Assembly (NCBI GenBank): GCA_029982205.1
Contig: JARRCM010000010.1
Span: forward strand, 2,117-66,116
Source of the DNA: Thermosediminibacterales bacterium
Lineage (GTDB): Bacteria > Bacillota > Thermosediminibacteria > Koleobacterales > JARRCM01
Direction of reading: 5' to 3'
Length of the DNA: 64,000 nucleotides
Shown: one piece after another, positions 1-9,414 of the stretch
How positions within the stretch are numbered: the stretch's first letter is position 1
Layout of the letters: every line of letters starts with the position of its first letter
Program-made: the position numbers and the translations under genes
Notes under the pieces: model-generated
Told to the model about the DNA's origin: nothing
Seen by the model: the letters and a program-made list of their open reading frames with translations, nothing else
Database searches by the model: none

Positions 1-300
1 ATACAGGGACGAGAGGTTACCCGCGGTACCACCCAAATTGATTTATGTTAAAAACATAAATCCACTTTTAAGGAGTACGAGATTTTAAAAAAATCTTTAT
101 ACCCCCTTTCTTTTAACGGCGAAAGTTCCCGGCAATATCTACTAACTTCTTTATCAGAAGTATTCAATATGCGACTCCAGGGGGAACTTCAATATATCCC
201 TTCTTATCAGGCTCGCACCATCCCTGACTCGCTAAGAATCCAGAATATATCTACTTTCCCCTTTCACTGTCTTTTGTCTTTTTATTATTACAATTAATTA
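1..300 (-). promoter_or_regulatory. T-box riboswitch leader, partial (terminator/antiterminator and regulated gene lie left of the window)
   Basis: The minus strand reads AATTTGGGTGGTACCGCGG at 39-21 followed by CTCTCGTCCC. This matches the conserved T-box motif AAnnnGGGTGGTACCGCG. A stem I-like GGTGCGAGCC sits at about 219-210. The specifier codon could not be assigned. Confidence 0.8.
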
Positions 301-311
301 TATTTTGAGAA

Positions 312-340
312 ATTATATCTAAATATATTCAATATGTCAA
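312..340 (-). promoter_or_regulatory. sigma-A type promoter driving the T-box leader
   Basis: Minus strand has TTGACA (340-335), a 17 nt spacer, then TATAAT (317-312). Both hexamers are exact consensus. Confidence 0.7.
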
Positions 341-502
341 TATGAAATTGTTATGTCTTTATATAAAATTATTTATATCTCTAATATGATTGTTTGTTAT
401 AAGTCGAAACATACTATCTTTAAATAAAATAAAAGTAAGGGATTGATAACTTGTTTAATTATATTCCTAAATGTTTGCAGTTTGCGTTTTTGTTTGCAAA
501 CG

Positions 503-530
503 AACAAAAAAATAAAGCCCTGAAGGGCTT
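503..530 (-). terminator. rho-independent terminator after tRNA-Leu
   Basis: Hairpin AAGCCC-TTCA-GGGCTT on the minus strand (530-515) is followed by a T-run (plus-strand A-run 505-512). Confidence 0.7.
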
Positions 531-538
531 GATATATC

Positions 539-625
539 TGGTGCCGGGAGCGGGATTTGAACCCGCACGGGTGATTACCCACTACCCCCTCAAGATAGCG
601 TGTCTGCCAGTTCCACCATCCCGGC
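539..625 (-). tRNA. tRNA-Leu (anticodon GAG), CCA encoded
   Basis: Reverse complement is GCCGGGATGGTGGAACTGGCAGACACGCTATCTTGAGGGGGTAGTGGGTAATCACCCGTGCGGGTTCAAATCCCGCTCCCGGCACCA. Anticodon stem is CTATC/GGTAG and the loop is TTGAGGG. It has a long variable arm and is 87 nt. Confidence 0.9.
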
Positions 626-895
626 AATAATTTTAATAGCAATATATATTATACAAGTGATATTTTTTTTTGTCAACTATGAAAAAAAATCTGCATAACG
701 TCATCAAAATTTATAATCAGATTACATTTAACTCTGAAATATCATGAACAACAACATCCAATAAATTAAAGGATTTTACATAATTTTGTAGAATATTAAG
801 TTTAAGGAATACCAAAATACTTTTCAGAAGGCAAATCTTACATGCCTTTGAGTAACTTAATAACATTTTAAAATAAATTTTAGGAGGAATGTTTT

Positions 896-1435
896 ATGAG
901 TAAAAGTTTAAAAGGAACAAAGACAGAAAAGAATTTATGGGAAGCATTTGCTGGAGAATCTCAGGCAAGAAATAAGTATACATACTTTGCTTCAGTAGCA
1001 AGAAAAGAAGGGTATCAGCAAATAGCTGAGTTTTTTGAAGAAACAGCATTAAACGAAAAGGAACATGCAAAGATACATTTAAAATTACTCCAGGGTATTG
1101 GCAGCACAATAGACAACTTGAAAGCAGCTGCAGCTGGAGAAAATAGTGAATGGACAGATATGTATCCCCGCATGGCAAAAGAGGCACGGGAAGAAGGCTT
1201 TGATCATATAGCAGAAATTTTTGAGGCTATAGCCGAAATCGAAAAACACCATGAGGAAAGATATAAAAAATTATTGGAAAACATAGAAAAGAATACCGTA
1301 TTCAAGAAAAAAATTCCGGTAAAATGGATGTGTAGAAACTGTGGCCATGTTCACGAAGGCATAGAAGCCCCAGAAACTTGCCCTGTTTGTGCTCACCCGC
1401 AAGCCTTTTTTGAGGTGTTAAAGGAAAATTACTAA
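896..1435 (+). CDS. rbr: rubrerythrin
   Basis: 179 aa. N-terminal ferritin-like diiron domain ([15 protein letters not shown] motifs) plus C-terminal rubredoxin-type CRNCGH..CPVCAHP. AGGAGG SD at 882-887. Confidence 0.93.
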   Translation: MSKSLKGTKTEKNLWEAFAGESQARNKYTYFASVARKEGYQQIAEFFEETALNEKEHAKIHLKLLQGIGSTIDNLKAAAAGENSEWTDMYPRMAKEAREEGFDHIAEIFEAIAEIEKHHEERYKKLLENIEKNTVFKKKIPVKWMCRNCGHVHEGIEAPETCPVCAHPQAFFEVLKENY

Positions 1436-1452
1436 AAATTACCCAAACCATT

Positions 1453-1500
1453 CCGGTCAATTCTTGGGGTATTAAGCTTCTATTATCAAGAATTGACCGG
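1453..1500. terminator. 14-bp hairpin between convergent rbr and RNase H genes
   Basis: CCGGTCAATTCTTG (1453-1466) pairs perfectly with CAAGAATTGACCGG (1487-1500). The loop is 20 nt and there is no clear T-run on either side. Confidence 0.45.
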
Positions 1501-1526
1501 ATGTGTCTATAACCATATTATTATTA

Positions 1527-1946
1527 TTATTTTACACTATGCTTATTCTTCTCATCTATTCCTTTATTAGCAAGCTCATCGGCTTTCTTGTTTTGTTCCC
1601 TGGGAATATGCTCAATAGTATAATTGAATTTTCTTAACAGTTTTTTTACATCCTCATAAATCGGCCTCAAACCTTCATTCCTAACCTTGTATTCACCATT
1701 TATTTGTTTAACTATAAGCTCACTGTCTAAAAATATTTTAATCGCTTTTGGCTTTAATGCCTCAACAGCTTTTAAACCTTTAAGTAATGCTGTATATTCT
1801 GCAACATTGTTAGTTGTTTTTCCAATGTATTCGTACAGTTCCTTTATTATTTTAGTTTTGTCTTCGTTATAAACAACTATACCTATACCTGCATCTCCGG
1901 GATTCCCCCTTGATGCACCATCAGTATGAATCACTAAAGTATCCAA
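1527..1946 (-). CDS. rnhA: ribonuclease HI family protein
   Basis: 139 aa. DGASRGNPG near the N-terminus, AEYTALLKGL, and LDSELIVKQ are typical of type 1 RNase H. Confidence 0.8.
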   Translation of the reverse strand: MDTLVIHTDGASRGNPGDAGIGIVVYNEDKTKIIKELYEYIGKTTNNVAEYTALLKGLKAVEALKPKAIKIFLDSELIVKQINGEYKVRNEGLRPIYEDVKKLLRKFNYTIEHIPREQNKKADELANKGIDEKNKHSVK

Positions 1947-1948
1947 TA

Positions 1949-2728
1949 TTACTCTCCTTTCCAGTAGAGAATTCTACCACAGTTTTCACACATTGAAATT
2001 TTTTGTTTGCTTTTAACGCTGTTTTCCAAGGCTATCGGCAGGTTCATAAAACACCCTGAACACTTACCATCTTCTACCAATGCTATTGCTATTCCATTCT
2101 TCCGTTTTTTGAGGTCTTCATAAATGTTCAAGGCATCTTTCTCTAGATTTTCTAAAAGTTCTTCCCGAGCAAATTCAGTTTTAAAAAGCTCTTCCTTAAT
2201 TTTATAAACTTCTGTATCATATTTCAACTTATACTTCTTGTATTTACGTTTATCTCCTTTTAAAGAATTGCCCTGTTCATTTACCTGTTTTTCAAGCTCT
2301 TCTACTTCTTCTATAAGTTCTAATGTAAGGTTTTCACTTATACCTTTATTATTTTTTATTTTATTAAGCTTTTTTTCTAGTTGTTCAAGTTCTTTTACAC
2401 TAGTTACTTCACCACTATAAAGTTTTGTCTCTATATCTCTCTGCATGAATGTTAGATCTCTACAAGTTCTTTCCATCTGTCGAAGTTTTTTTCGGGTTTC
2501 TTCTAATTCGTCTTGTTTAAATTTTAGTTCATCACGCTGTTTAATTATTTCATCTTTAAGTTTAAGTAGCTTCTTTCTTAACGGCATTGCTTTAAAACTT
2601 TTTTTTAATTCAACAATTCTGTTATCATAGTTTTGCAATTTCCACAAGTCTTGTAAACTTTCATAAGTTATCCCATAACTAATTCCTCCTATAAAATAAA
2701 ATATAAAAAAGGAATAGGTAAAAAACAA
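1949..2728 (-). CDS. coiled-coil / C4 zinc-ribbon protein (COG1579-like)
   Basis: Long K/E-rich coiled coil followed by CSGC..CENCGR. It lies between nif3 and rnhA. The start is uncertain: TTG at 2728 gives a hydrophobic 19-aa extension (see findings). Confidence 0.7.
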   Translation of the reverse strand: MFFTYSFFIFYFIGGISYGITYESLQDLWKLQNYDNRIVELKKSFKAMPLRKKLLKLKDEIIKQRDELKFKQDELEETRKKLRQMERTCRDLTFMQRDIETKLYSGEVTSVKELEQLEKKLNKIKNNKGISENLTLELIEEVEELEKQVNEQGNSLKGDKRKYKKYKLKYDTEVYKIKEELFKTEFAREELLENLEKDALNIYEDLKKRKNGIAIALVEDGKCSGCFMNLPIALENSVKSKQKISMCENCGRILYWKGE

Positions 2729-2740
2729 TATACCTATTCC

Positions 2741-3859
2741 TTATAAAAAAGCAAAAGGTTGATTGTTGACGTTAGACAAAACAACATCTGTATCATACTT
2801 CATTTTTGATAATTCATTTTTAAGATAAGTTACCACAAAACTTACTACTGGAATCTCAGTTTCCCAATGCCCTGCGTCAACAATGGAAACTCCCATCCTC
2901 TTTGCATCAATAGCCTGATGATATTTTACATCACCTGTTATAAGCACATCAGCTCCTTTGAAAGCTGCCTGATGGAGTGTAGACATTCCACTACCTCCAC
3001 AGATAGCCACTTTTTCTACCTGTTGATCCAGTTGTCCTACTACCCTTACCATTTCATTTTTCAAAAGCTGTTTAATACTCAATGCTAGTTCTTTCAAGGA
3101 CATCGTTTTATTAAGTCTTCCTATTCTTCCTAGACCGTAAATTTTAGGTTCGTTAGCCAAAGGATAAATATCATATGCTACTTCTTCATATGGATGGGCT
3201 TTTATCATTGCAGAAACAACTTTTTTAACAAGTGAATCCTCTACAATAGTTTCAAGACGATATTCTCTTACAGTTTCCAGTTTGCCTACATCTCCTATAA
3301 AAGGGTTTGCTCCTTCTAATGGTTTAAAACTACCTGTTCCTTGTGTCACAAAACTACAATGGCTGTAATTTCCAATCCATCCCGCTCCAGCTTTACACAT
3401 AGCTTCTCTTACGATATCTTCATAACCTTCTGGTACGAAAACAACAATTTTTTTATAGACTTCCTTTAAAGTTACCTGAAGAGGTTCCACTTCTAAAAGA
3501 CCCAACTTTTTTACTAATATGTCATTCACGCCGCCAGGTGTAATATCAAGGTTTGTATGGGCTGAATATACGGTAATACCATTTTTTACTAATTTATACA
3601 CCATATCACCAAAGCTCTGATCAAAGCGTATCGATCTTACAGGGTCAAAAAAGAAAGGGTGATGAGAAACTATCATATCAGCATCAGCTGTTATTGCTTC
3701 TTCGACAACTTCAGGTGTTATATCTAAAGCCACTAAAACTTTCCTGATTTCTGAACGGGGATCGCCAATCTGAAGGCCAACATTATCCCAATCTTCTGCC
3801 AATCGTTTTGGTGCAATTTTTTCTATTAATGAAATTACTGTCTGGGCTTTTGCAAACAT
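2741..3859 (-). CDS. Nif3-like dinuclear metal centre protein (YqfO family)
   Basis: 372 aa. Motifs WDNVGLQIGD, VSHHPFFF and C-terminal DAGHWETE. It follows trmK as in B. subtilis yqfN-yqfO. Confidence 0.9.
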   Translation of the reverse strand: MFAKAQTVISLIEKIAPKRLAEDWDNVGLQIGDPRSEIRKVLVALDITPEVVEEAITADADMIVSHHPFFFDPVRSIRFDQSFGDMVYKLVKNGITVYSAHTNLDITPGGVNDILVKKLGLLEVEPLQVTLKEVYKKIVVFVPEGYEDIVREAMCKAGAGWIGNYSHCSFVTQGTGSFKPLEGANPFIGDVGKLETVREYRLETIVEDSLVKKVVSAMIKAHPYEEVAYDIYPLANEPKIYGLGRIGRLNKTMSLKELALSIKQLLKNEMVRVVGQLDQQVEKVAICGGSGMSTLHQAAFKGADVLITGDVKYHQAIDAKRMGVSIVDAGHWETEIPVVSFVVTYLKNELSKMKYDTDVVLSNVNNQPFAFL

Positions 3860-4539
3860 TTTTTCACCTCCAGGTATTGTTGTCTGCGATGCTTTAGTGA
3901 CTTTAGCTTGTTCTCAGCATGAACGGATTTTCCACGTTCTAAACCAGTAATAATTTTATCTATAGTGCTAATTTTTTTGTCTAAAAATTGTTCAAAAAGT
4001 TCATGGCGTTTTTCAAAAAGTCTCAAACCCAACTCATACCAGATATCATCCCAGCAATCCTGATGACCTTGAGAAGCAATTATTATTTCATAAAATTTAT
4101 CATCTTCCAAGCATGATTCTTCATCGATGATTTTATATCCATGGGTAATTAAATACTTTCTCAATTCTTTTTGTGCAACCATCGGCTGAAGTATAAATTT
4201 GTTTATTTTTATGGCTTTTTCCCGAGAATTTGAAAGTATTTCAATTATATTTAATCCGCCCATTCCAGCAATAATTACGGTGTCCACTTCTCCCACTTTT
4301 AAAGGTTTTAAACCATCACCTATTCGCATCTGTATTTTATCTGTATAGCCGCGTTTTTGAACCTCTGCTTTAGCTCTTTTAAAAGGCCCCTCCCCGATTT
4401 CTGTGGCAATAACTTTAGGACATATTCCCTTTTCCACTAAATAAATAGGTATATAAGCATGGTCAGTCCCTATATCAGCTACTATACTTCCTTTTGTAAC
4501 TTGAGAAGATATGGTTAAGAGTCTTGGTGAAAGCTTCAT
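3835..4539 (-). CDS. trmK: tRNA (adenine22-N1)-methyltransferase
   Basis: 234 aa. N-terminal SAM-binding motif ADIGTDHAYIPIYL, as in the YqfN/TrmK family. Its 3' end overlaps the nif3 start by 25 nt. Confidence 0.85.
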   Translation of the reverse strand: MKLSPRLLTISSQVTKGSIVADIGTDHAYIPIYLVEKGICPKVIATEIGEGPFKRAKAEVQKRGYTDKIQMRIGDGLKPLKVGEVDTVIIAGMGGLNIIEILSNSREKAIKINKFILQPMVAQKELRKYLITHGYKIIDEESCLEDDKFYEIIIASQGHQDCWDDIWYELGLRLFEKRHELFEQFLDKKISTIDKIITGLERGKSVHAENKLKSLKHRRQQYLEVKKCLQKPRQ

Positions 4540-4641
4540 TTGTTTTTCCCCGCTTAAAATATAAAACAGCTTAAATTAGTTTTAGATTCTGTATTTATAT
4601 TTTACCATTTTTGATAAAATTATTAAATATCTTTAATGCAT

Positions 4642-4668
4642 AAAAAAAGAGATTCATCTTGAATCTCC
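4642..4668 (-). terminator. rho-independent terminator after the tRNA pair
   Basis: Minus strand has GAGATTCA-AGA-TGAATCTC followed by TTTTTTT (plus-strand A-run 4642-4648). Confidence 0.75.
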
Positions 4669-4700
4669 TGTTTTAATACTTTATATAATTATTTAAGCTT

Positions 4701-4776
4701 TGGTGGGCCCACCAGGACTCGAACCTGGGACCAACCGGTTATGAGCCGGTTGCTCTACCAGCTGAGCTATGGGCCC
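4701..4776 (-). tRNA. tRNA with CAT anticodon (Met, or Ile2 read via lysidine)
   Basis: Reverse complement is GGGCCCATAGCTCAGCTGGTAGAGCAACCGGCTCATAACCGGTTGGTCCCAGGTTCGAGTCCTGGTGGGCCCACCA. The anticodon loop is CTCATAA. The backbone resembles my recollection of B. subtilis tRNA-Ile2, but this is not decisive. Confidence 0.85.
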
Positions 4777-4780
4777 TACT

Positions 4781-4855
4781 TGGCTCCCCAGGCAGGACTC
4801 GAACCTGCAACCACTCGGTTAACAGCCGAGTGCTCTACCATTGAGCTACTGAGGA
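4781..4855 (-). tRNA. tRNA-Asn (anticodon GTT)
   Basis: Reverse complement is TCCTCAGTAGCTCAATGGTAGAGCACTCGGCTGTTAACCGAGTGGTTGCAGGTTCGAGTCCTGCCTGGGGAGCCA. The anticodon loop is CTGTTAA. Confidence 0.9.
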
Positions 4856-4871
4856 ATTTTTGACAAAATAT

Positions 4872-4900
4872 ATTATAGGATAATTTATTAAGTATCGCAA
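4872..4900 (-). promoter_or_regulatory. putative sigma-A promoter for the tRNA-Asn/tRNA-CAT pair
   Basis: Minus strand has TTGCGA (4900-4895), a 17 nt spacer, then TATAAT (4877-4872). This is about 17 nt upstream of the tRNA-Asn 5' end. Confidence 0.6.
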
Positions 4901-4989
4901 CAAAGTTTTTTTATCGCTTAATGTAATATTTGCGTTTTATTATAGTATATCATAAAGTTTCGTTGTTTTTCTGGGTTTTACGTTTAAAA

Positions 4990-6093
4990 TTACTCTAAAA
5001 AATCTTTTAACTTTTTGCTGCGGCTTGGATGTCTAAGTTTTCTTAAAGCTTTAGCTTCAATCTGCCGGATTCGTTCTCGAGTAACTCCAAACACTTTCCC
5101 TACTTCTTCAAGTGTCCGTGGTTTCCCATCATCTAAACCAAAACGTAAACGCAACACCTTTTCTTCTCTAGGTGTTAAAGTGTCCAGTACATCCTTTAAC
5201 TGTTCTTTAAGCAGGATAAATGCAGCTGCTTCCGCTGGAGCAGGAGCATCCTCATCAGGTATAAAATCACCTAAATGGCTGTCTTCCTCTTCGCCAATAG
5301 GAGTTTCAAGCGATACAGGCTCCTGAGCTATTTTCATTATTTCTCTCACCTTTTCTACAGGTATCTCCATCTCTTCAGCAATCTCTTCAGGAGTAGGTTC
5401 TCTTCCTAATTCTTGAAGCAGCTGTCGTGAAACCCTAATCAGTTTATTTATTGTTTCCACCATATGAACAGGTATTCGAATTGTTCTTGCTTGATCTGCA
5501 ATAGCTCGCGTTATAGCCTGTCTAATCCACCATGTTGCATAAGTACTGAATTTATATCCTTTACGGTAGTCAAATTTTTCAACAGCTTTAATAAGACCAA
5601 GGTTGCCCTCCTGTATAAGGTCAAGAAAAAGCATTCCCCGACCTACATATCTTTTAGCAATACTTACAACAAGTCGAAGATTAGCTTCGGCCAGTTTACG
5701 TTTTGCTTCCAAATCTCCTTTTTCAATTCTTTTAGCTAGTTCAATTTCTTCTTCTGGGGTAAGAAGTGGAACTTTTCCTATTTCTTTAAGATACATCCTT
5801 ACCGGATCATCCACACTAATACCTTCAGGAATCTCAATATCTGTTAAATTTTCATTGTCAATCGGTTCTACATCATCTTTTGGAATATCGTCAACGATGT
5901 CTTCTATATCATTTATAACATCTATACCCATATTCTCTAAAGATTCATAAATTTTGTCAATCTGATCAGGGTCTAATTCAATATCACTTAATGCATCCAT
6001 AATCTCTTTATATGTTAATAAACCTCTTTTTTTCCCTTTTGCAATAAGCTCTTTGACACTTTTTAAGTTCATCTCTTCTTTAGTATTAGCCAT
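4990..6093 (-). CDS. sigA: RNA polymerase primary sigma factor
   Basis: Region 2 motif [13 protein letters not shown] and region 4.2 motif [19 protein letters not shown] place the start at the ATG at 6093 (MANTKEE), 7 nt after GGAGGG, rather than at the ORF-track start 6111. Confidence 0.95.
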   Translation of the reverse strand: MANTKEEMNLKSVKELIAKGKKRGLLTYKEIMDALSDIELDPDQIDKIYESLENMGIDVINDIEDIVDDIPKDDVEPIDNENLTDIEIPEGISVDDPVRMYLKEIGKVPLLTPEEEIELAKRIEKGDLEAKRKLAEANLRLVVSIAKRYVGRGMLFLDLIQEGNLGLIKAVEKFDYRKGYKFSTYATWWIRQAITRAIADQARTIRIPVHMVETINKLIRVSRQLLQELGREPTPEEIAEEMEIPVEKVREIMKIAQEPVSLETPIGEEEDSHLGDFIPDEDAPAPAEAAAFILLKEQLKDVLDTLTPREEKVLRLRFGLDDGKPRTLEEVGKVFGVTRERIRQIEAKALRKLRHPSRSKKLKDFLE

Positions 6094-6133
6094 ACTTATC
6101 CCTCCTTCCACGGAGTGCTGAATCCACTGGTAT

Positions 6134-7951
6134 TTATATTATCCTGGTTTGTTTTTGCAGTGTTTTAATTTCAGCTAAAATCTGCTTTGATTCAGAATAA
6201 TCTCCTTGTTTTTCCAATTTTTTTAATCTGTCCTGAAGGCTTTGTATTCTTTTATTGAGTTTATGGGTTTTTAAAGTTTTTATACAATCCTGTAAAACTC
6301 GTTCAGTTTCTGTAAAAAACACTTCCCCGCTGAAGATCAATGAAGCTTTTCTTATTAATCTTTCATCTTCCAGGTAATCAATCACTTCAGACGAGTTCAG
6401 GTTGTTCTTATTTTCATAGCCTTTGCTAATTGCTTTTATTATTTGTTTATGATCTTCATCGGAAAAAAAATCAATATCTATTTCCTGAAATATTCTTTTA
6501 TAATAACTTTTATCTGTAATCATTAAGTTTATAAGATCCCTTTCAGCTTTTATATTTGCTGATTGTGTTATTATTTTCAGTCTTTCCTTATTATCATTCC
6601 ATTTTATACCTTTATTATGCTTAAATCCATTAACTGGCAAAGTTTTGCTTGTTTTTTTAAGTTCTAGTCTTATGGATTCCTCCGTTATATTTAGCTTTTG
6701 TGAAAGTTTTTTTATATACGCATCTTTCTCTATTTCATTATCAATTTCAGAAATTATCGGAACAACTCTATTCAAAAAATTCACACGCCCTTGAAGATTT
6801 TTTAAATCAAACTGATTTTCTAGATGTTTAATTTTAAAATCTATTAATGAATAAGCTTTGTCTACCTTTTCTAGAAAAGCTTCTTTTCCAAATCTTCTAA
6901 TATATTCATCTGGGTCGCTTCCTTTTGGAAGCATAACTACTTTAACGTTCAAACCGGCATTTTTTAATATATCCATACCTCGTAGAGTGGCTGAAATACC
7001 AGCGGTATCAGCATCATAGGCAACTACTACATTTTTCACATAACGTCTTAACAGCTTTGCCTGCTCAGAAGTAAGAGAAGTACCCAAAGAAGCAACTGCT
7101 TGTTTTATGCCGTATTGATGTAATGATATTACATCCATATAGCCTTCAACTATCAAAATTCTATCATCAACAAGATGTTTTTTTACAAAGTTAAGGCCAT
7201 ACAGGTTTTTTCTTTTATTATAAACCTCTGTTTCTGGAGAATTGAGGTATTTTGGCTTTGAATCATCAAGAACCCTTCCACCAAAACCGATAATATTGTT
7301 TTGAATATCAAATATAGGAAACATTATCCTTCCTCTAAACCTGTCATAAAATTCCTCACCGTTTTTTCTTTTTATGGCTAAACCTGCTTTTTCAAGGGTT
7401 GTCTCTTTATACCCTTTTGCCTTTAAATAACAAATGAGGTCTTCCCAATCTGGAAGCGAATATCCTATTCCAAAAGATTTTATTGTAGTAATACTTATGC
7501 CACGGCTTTTTAAATAGTTCAGAGCCCTGACTCCCTGATCACTATTTACTAAACAATTATAAAAATAACGAGCTGCTATTCGGTTTATTTCATAAAACTT
7601 TTTTTTGAGCCTAAGTTTTTCTAGATATTCAGGGTCTTCTTTTTCCTCAGGCAAAATAATCCCCGCTCTTTCAGCAAGAAACCTTACCGCCTCAGGAAAA
7701 CTCATGTGTTCTTTTTGCATTATAAATGTATATACATTCCCGCCAACCCCGCAACCAAAACAGTAAAACATCTGTTTGTCCGGGTTTACGGTAAATGAAG
7801 GTGTTTTTTCTGAATGAAAAGGACATAACCCTATATAGTTTTTTCCGGATTTTTTTAAAGATACATATTCAGAAACAACAGTTACTATATCGTTTTTGTC
7901 CCTGATTTCTGATAACAAATCCTCCGAAAATTTCAAATCAACCACCTTCAT
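6134..7951 (-). CDS. dnaG: DNA primase
   Basis: 605 aa. CHC2 zinc finger [18 protein letters not shown] and Toprim motif EGYMDV. It sits directly upstream of sigA as in the classical operon. Confidence 0.95.
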   Translation of the reverse strand: MKVVDLKFSEDLLSEIRDKNDIVTVVSEYVSLKKSGKNYIGLCPFHSEKTPSFTVNPDKQMFYCFGCGVGGNVYTFIMQKEHMSFPEAVRFLAERAGIILPEEKEDPEYLEKLRLKKKFYEINRIAARYFYNCLVNSDQGVRALNYLKSRGISITTIKSFGIGYSLPDWEDLICYLKAKGYKETTLEKAGLAIKRKNGEEFYDRFRGRIMFPIFDIQNNIIGFGGRVLDDSKPKYLNSPETEVYNKRKNLYGLNFVKKHLVDDRILIVEGYMDVISLHQYGIKQAVASLGTSLTSEQAKLLRRYVKNVVVAYDADTAGISATLRGMDILKNAGLNVKVVMLPKGSDPDEYIRRFGKEAFLEKVDKAYSLIDFKIKHLENQFDLKNLQGRVNFLNRVVPIISEIDNEIEKDAYIKKLSQKLNITEESIRLELKKTSKTLPVNGFKHNKGIKWNDNKERLKIITQSANIKAERDLINLMITDKSYYKRIFQEIDIDFFSDEDHKQIIKAISKGYENKNNLNSSEVIDYLEDERLIRKASLIFSGEVFFTETERVLQDCIKTLKTHKLNKRIQSLQDRLKKLEKQGDYSESKQILAEIKTLQKQTRII

Positions 7952-7997
7952 GGTTCTGTCATTTAATTAATTAATAATTCTATATATATACCTCCAT

Positions 7998-8223
7998 TTC
8001 CTTCTTTTTTAATTTCCTAATAAAAACTAATCCCCATCTCTTTTATGGGGAGATGAGGATGTTTTTCTATTAAACTTGTTTTTAGTTTAATTATGAGTTT
8101 CTTTAACCTCCTTCAAAACGGTAACCATCAATTCCTGAATTCCCCATAGTATTTTTCAGTTGTATGTAAACAGATTATTCTACATCCAACACAATTATTC
8201 CTTCTTTTTTGAGGATGTTTTTC
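7998..8223. repeat. 26-nt direct repeat, one copy split by a 44-nt hairpin-containing insert
   Basis: TTCCTTCTTTTTTGAGGATGTTTTTC is intact at 8198-8223. The same 26 nt occurs as 7998-8010 plus 8055-8067, separated by 8011-8054. On the minus strand the insert holds TCCCCAT-AAAAGAG-ATGGGGA. Confidence 0.8.
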
Positions 8224-8323
8224 AATAAAAAATCATGTTACTATATATTATGTTAATTTTTTAACAAATTATTCCTAAATTTACATAAATATTTACAATT
8301 ATGCTATAATTCTCATCATATAA

Positions 8324-8344
8324 TAAAAAAGCGCCTAGCGGCGC
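8324..8344 (-). terminator. rho-independent terminator after the dGTPase-like gene
   Basis: Minus strand has GCGCC-GCTA-GGCGC followed by TTTTTT. Confidence 0.7.
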
Positions 8345-8407
8345 ATCATTTGAAAACTTACCTAAAAAAATGCCCTGCATCCTAAAGGATGAGCTGAAAG
8401 AAACGTT

Positions 8408-9409
8408 CTACAGTTTTGACCAAGAAGCAGGTATAAATATCTCATAGTAACGAGAAATAGCATATCTGTCTGTCATCCCCGCTATATAATCACATACCCT
8501 TCGTTCGATAGTTTCTCCTTTTTGAAGTGTTTGGTACTCAGAAGGCATCTGTTCCGGATTTTCTACAAAATAATAGTATAGACTTTCAATCAAACGGCCT
8601 ACCTTTTTTTCCTGTGTTTTAGCAGCAGAACCTATATACACTTTGTCGAACATGAATTTTCTCAGTTTTTCCATAGCTTTACGAATTTCAGGGCTCATTT
8701 GAATTTTTGCCTTTCCCCAGCTTGATTTTATCAAGTCTTTTACCATAGTATCTATCCGCTGTTTATGTTTTTCTCCCAAAACTTTTATTACATCTGATGG
8801 AAGGTCTTCGGCAGTTATTATTCCACCCCTTATCGCATCATCAATATCATGGTTTATATAAGCTATCCTATCAGCTATTTTAACTATTTGACCTTCCAAA
8901 GTTGCAGGCATATCTGAACCGGTATGTTTTAGTATTCCATCTCTAACTTCCCATGTAAGATTCAGCCCTTTACACTGTTCTAAACGGTCTACAACTCTCA
9001 AACTCTGCTTGTTATGCTGAAATCCACCGGGAACTATTTTATTAAGAACTTCCTCCCCAGCATGCCCAAAAGGTGTATGGCCAAGGTCATGGCCAAGGGC
9101 TATAGCCTCTGTAAGGTCTTCATTTAATTCAAGGGCTCGTGCTATTGTTCGAGCTATTTGTGAAACTTCAAGTGTATGTGTAAGACGTGTTCTGTAATGG
9201 TCACCTTCAGGAGATATAAATACCTGGGTTTTATGTTTTAGACGCCTAAATGCTTTTGAATGGATAATCCTGTCTCTATCTCGTTGAAAATCAGTTCTTA
9301 TTTCACATTTAGGTTCTTCAACCAAGCGTCCCCGAGAGTTTTTGCTTAAAGTTGCAAAAGGTGAAAGATATTTTTTTTCCCTCTCTTCAATTTTTTCACG
9401 AAGGTTCAT
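8408..9409 (-). CDS. dGTP triphosphohydrolase-like HD-domain protein
   Basis: 333 aa. Motifs [22 protein letters not shown] and [10 protein letters not shown] are typical of the Dgt-like family. Confidence 0.88.
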   Translation of the reverse strand: MNLREKIEEREKKYLSPFATLSKNSRGRLVEEPKCEIRTDFQRDRDRIIHSKAFRRLKHKTQVFISPEGDHYRTRLTHTLEVSQIARTIARALELNEDLTEAIALGHDLGHTPFGHAGEEVLNKIVPGGFQHNKQSLRVVDRLEQCKGLNLTWEVRDGILKHTGSDMPATLEGQIVKIADRIAYINHDIDDAIRGGIITAEDLPSDVIKVLGEKHKQRIDTMVKDLIKSSWGKAKIQMSPEIRKAMEKLRKFMFDKVYIGSAAKTQEKKVGRLIESLYYYFVENPEQMPSEYQTLQKGETIERRVCDYIAGMTDRYAISRYYEIFIPASWSKL

Positions 9410-9414
9410 ATAAA

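Noticed and set aside
397-642. 81-aa ORF on the minus strand
   Set aside because: It is read straight through tRNA-Leu(GAG) and its terminator. It has no SD and an implausible sequence, so I treat it as spurious.
700-895. Possible PerR/Fur-type operator upstream of rubrerythrin (TTTATAATCAGATTACAT at about 708-725, TTACATAATTTTGTAGAA at about 775-792)
   Set aside because: The matches to the TTATAAT-N-ATTATAA type box are weak in an AT-rich region, and I cannot distinguish them from chance by eye.
7998-8223. Possible CRISPR-like or MITE repeat in the dnaG leader
   Set aside because: There are only two copies of a 26-mer. There is no regular spacer architecture, no terminal inverted repeats on the 44-nt insert, and no cas genes. 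I report it only as a repeat.
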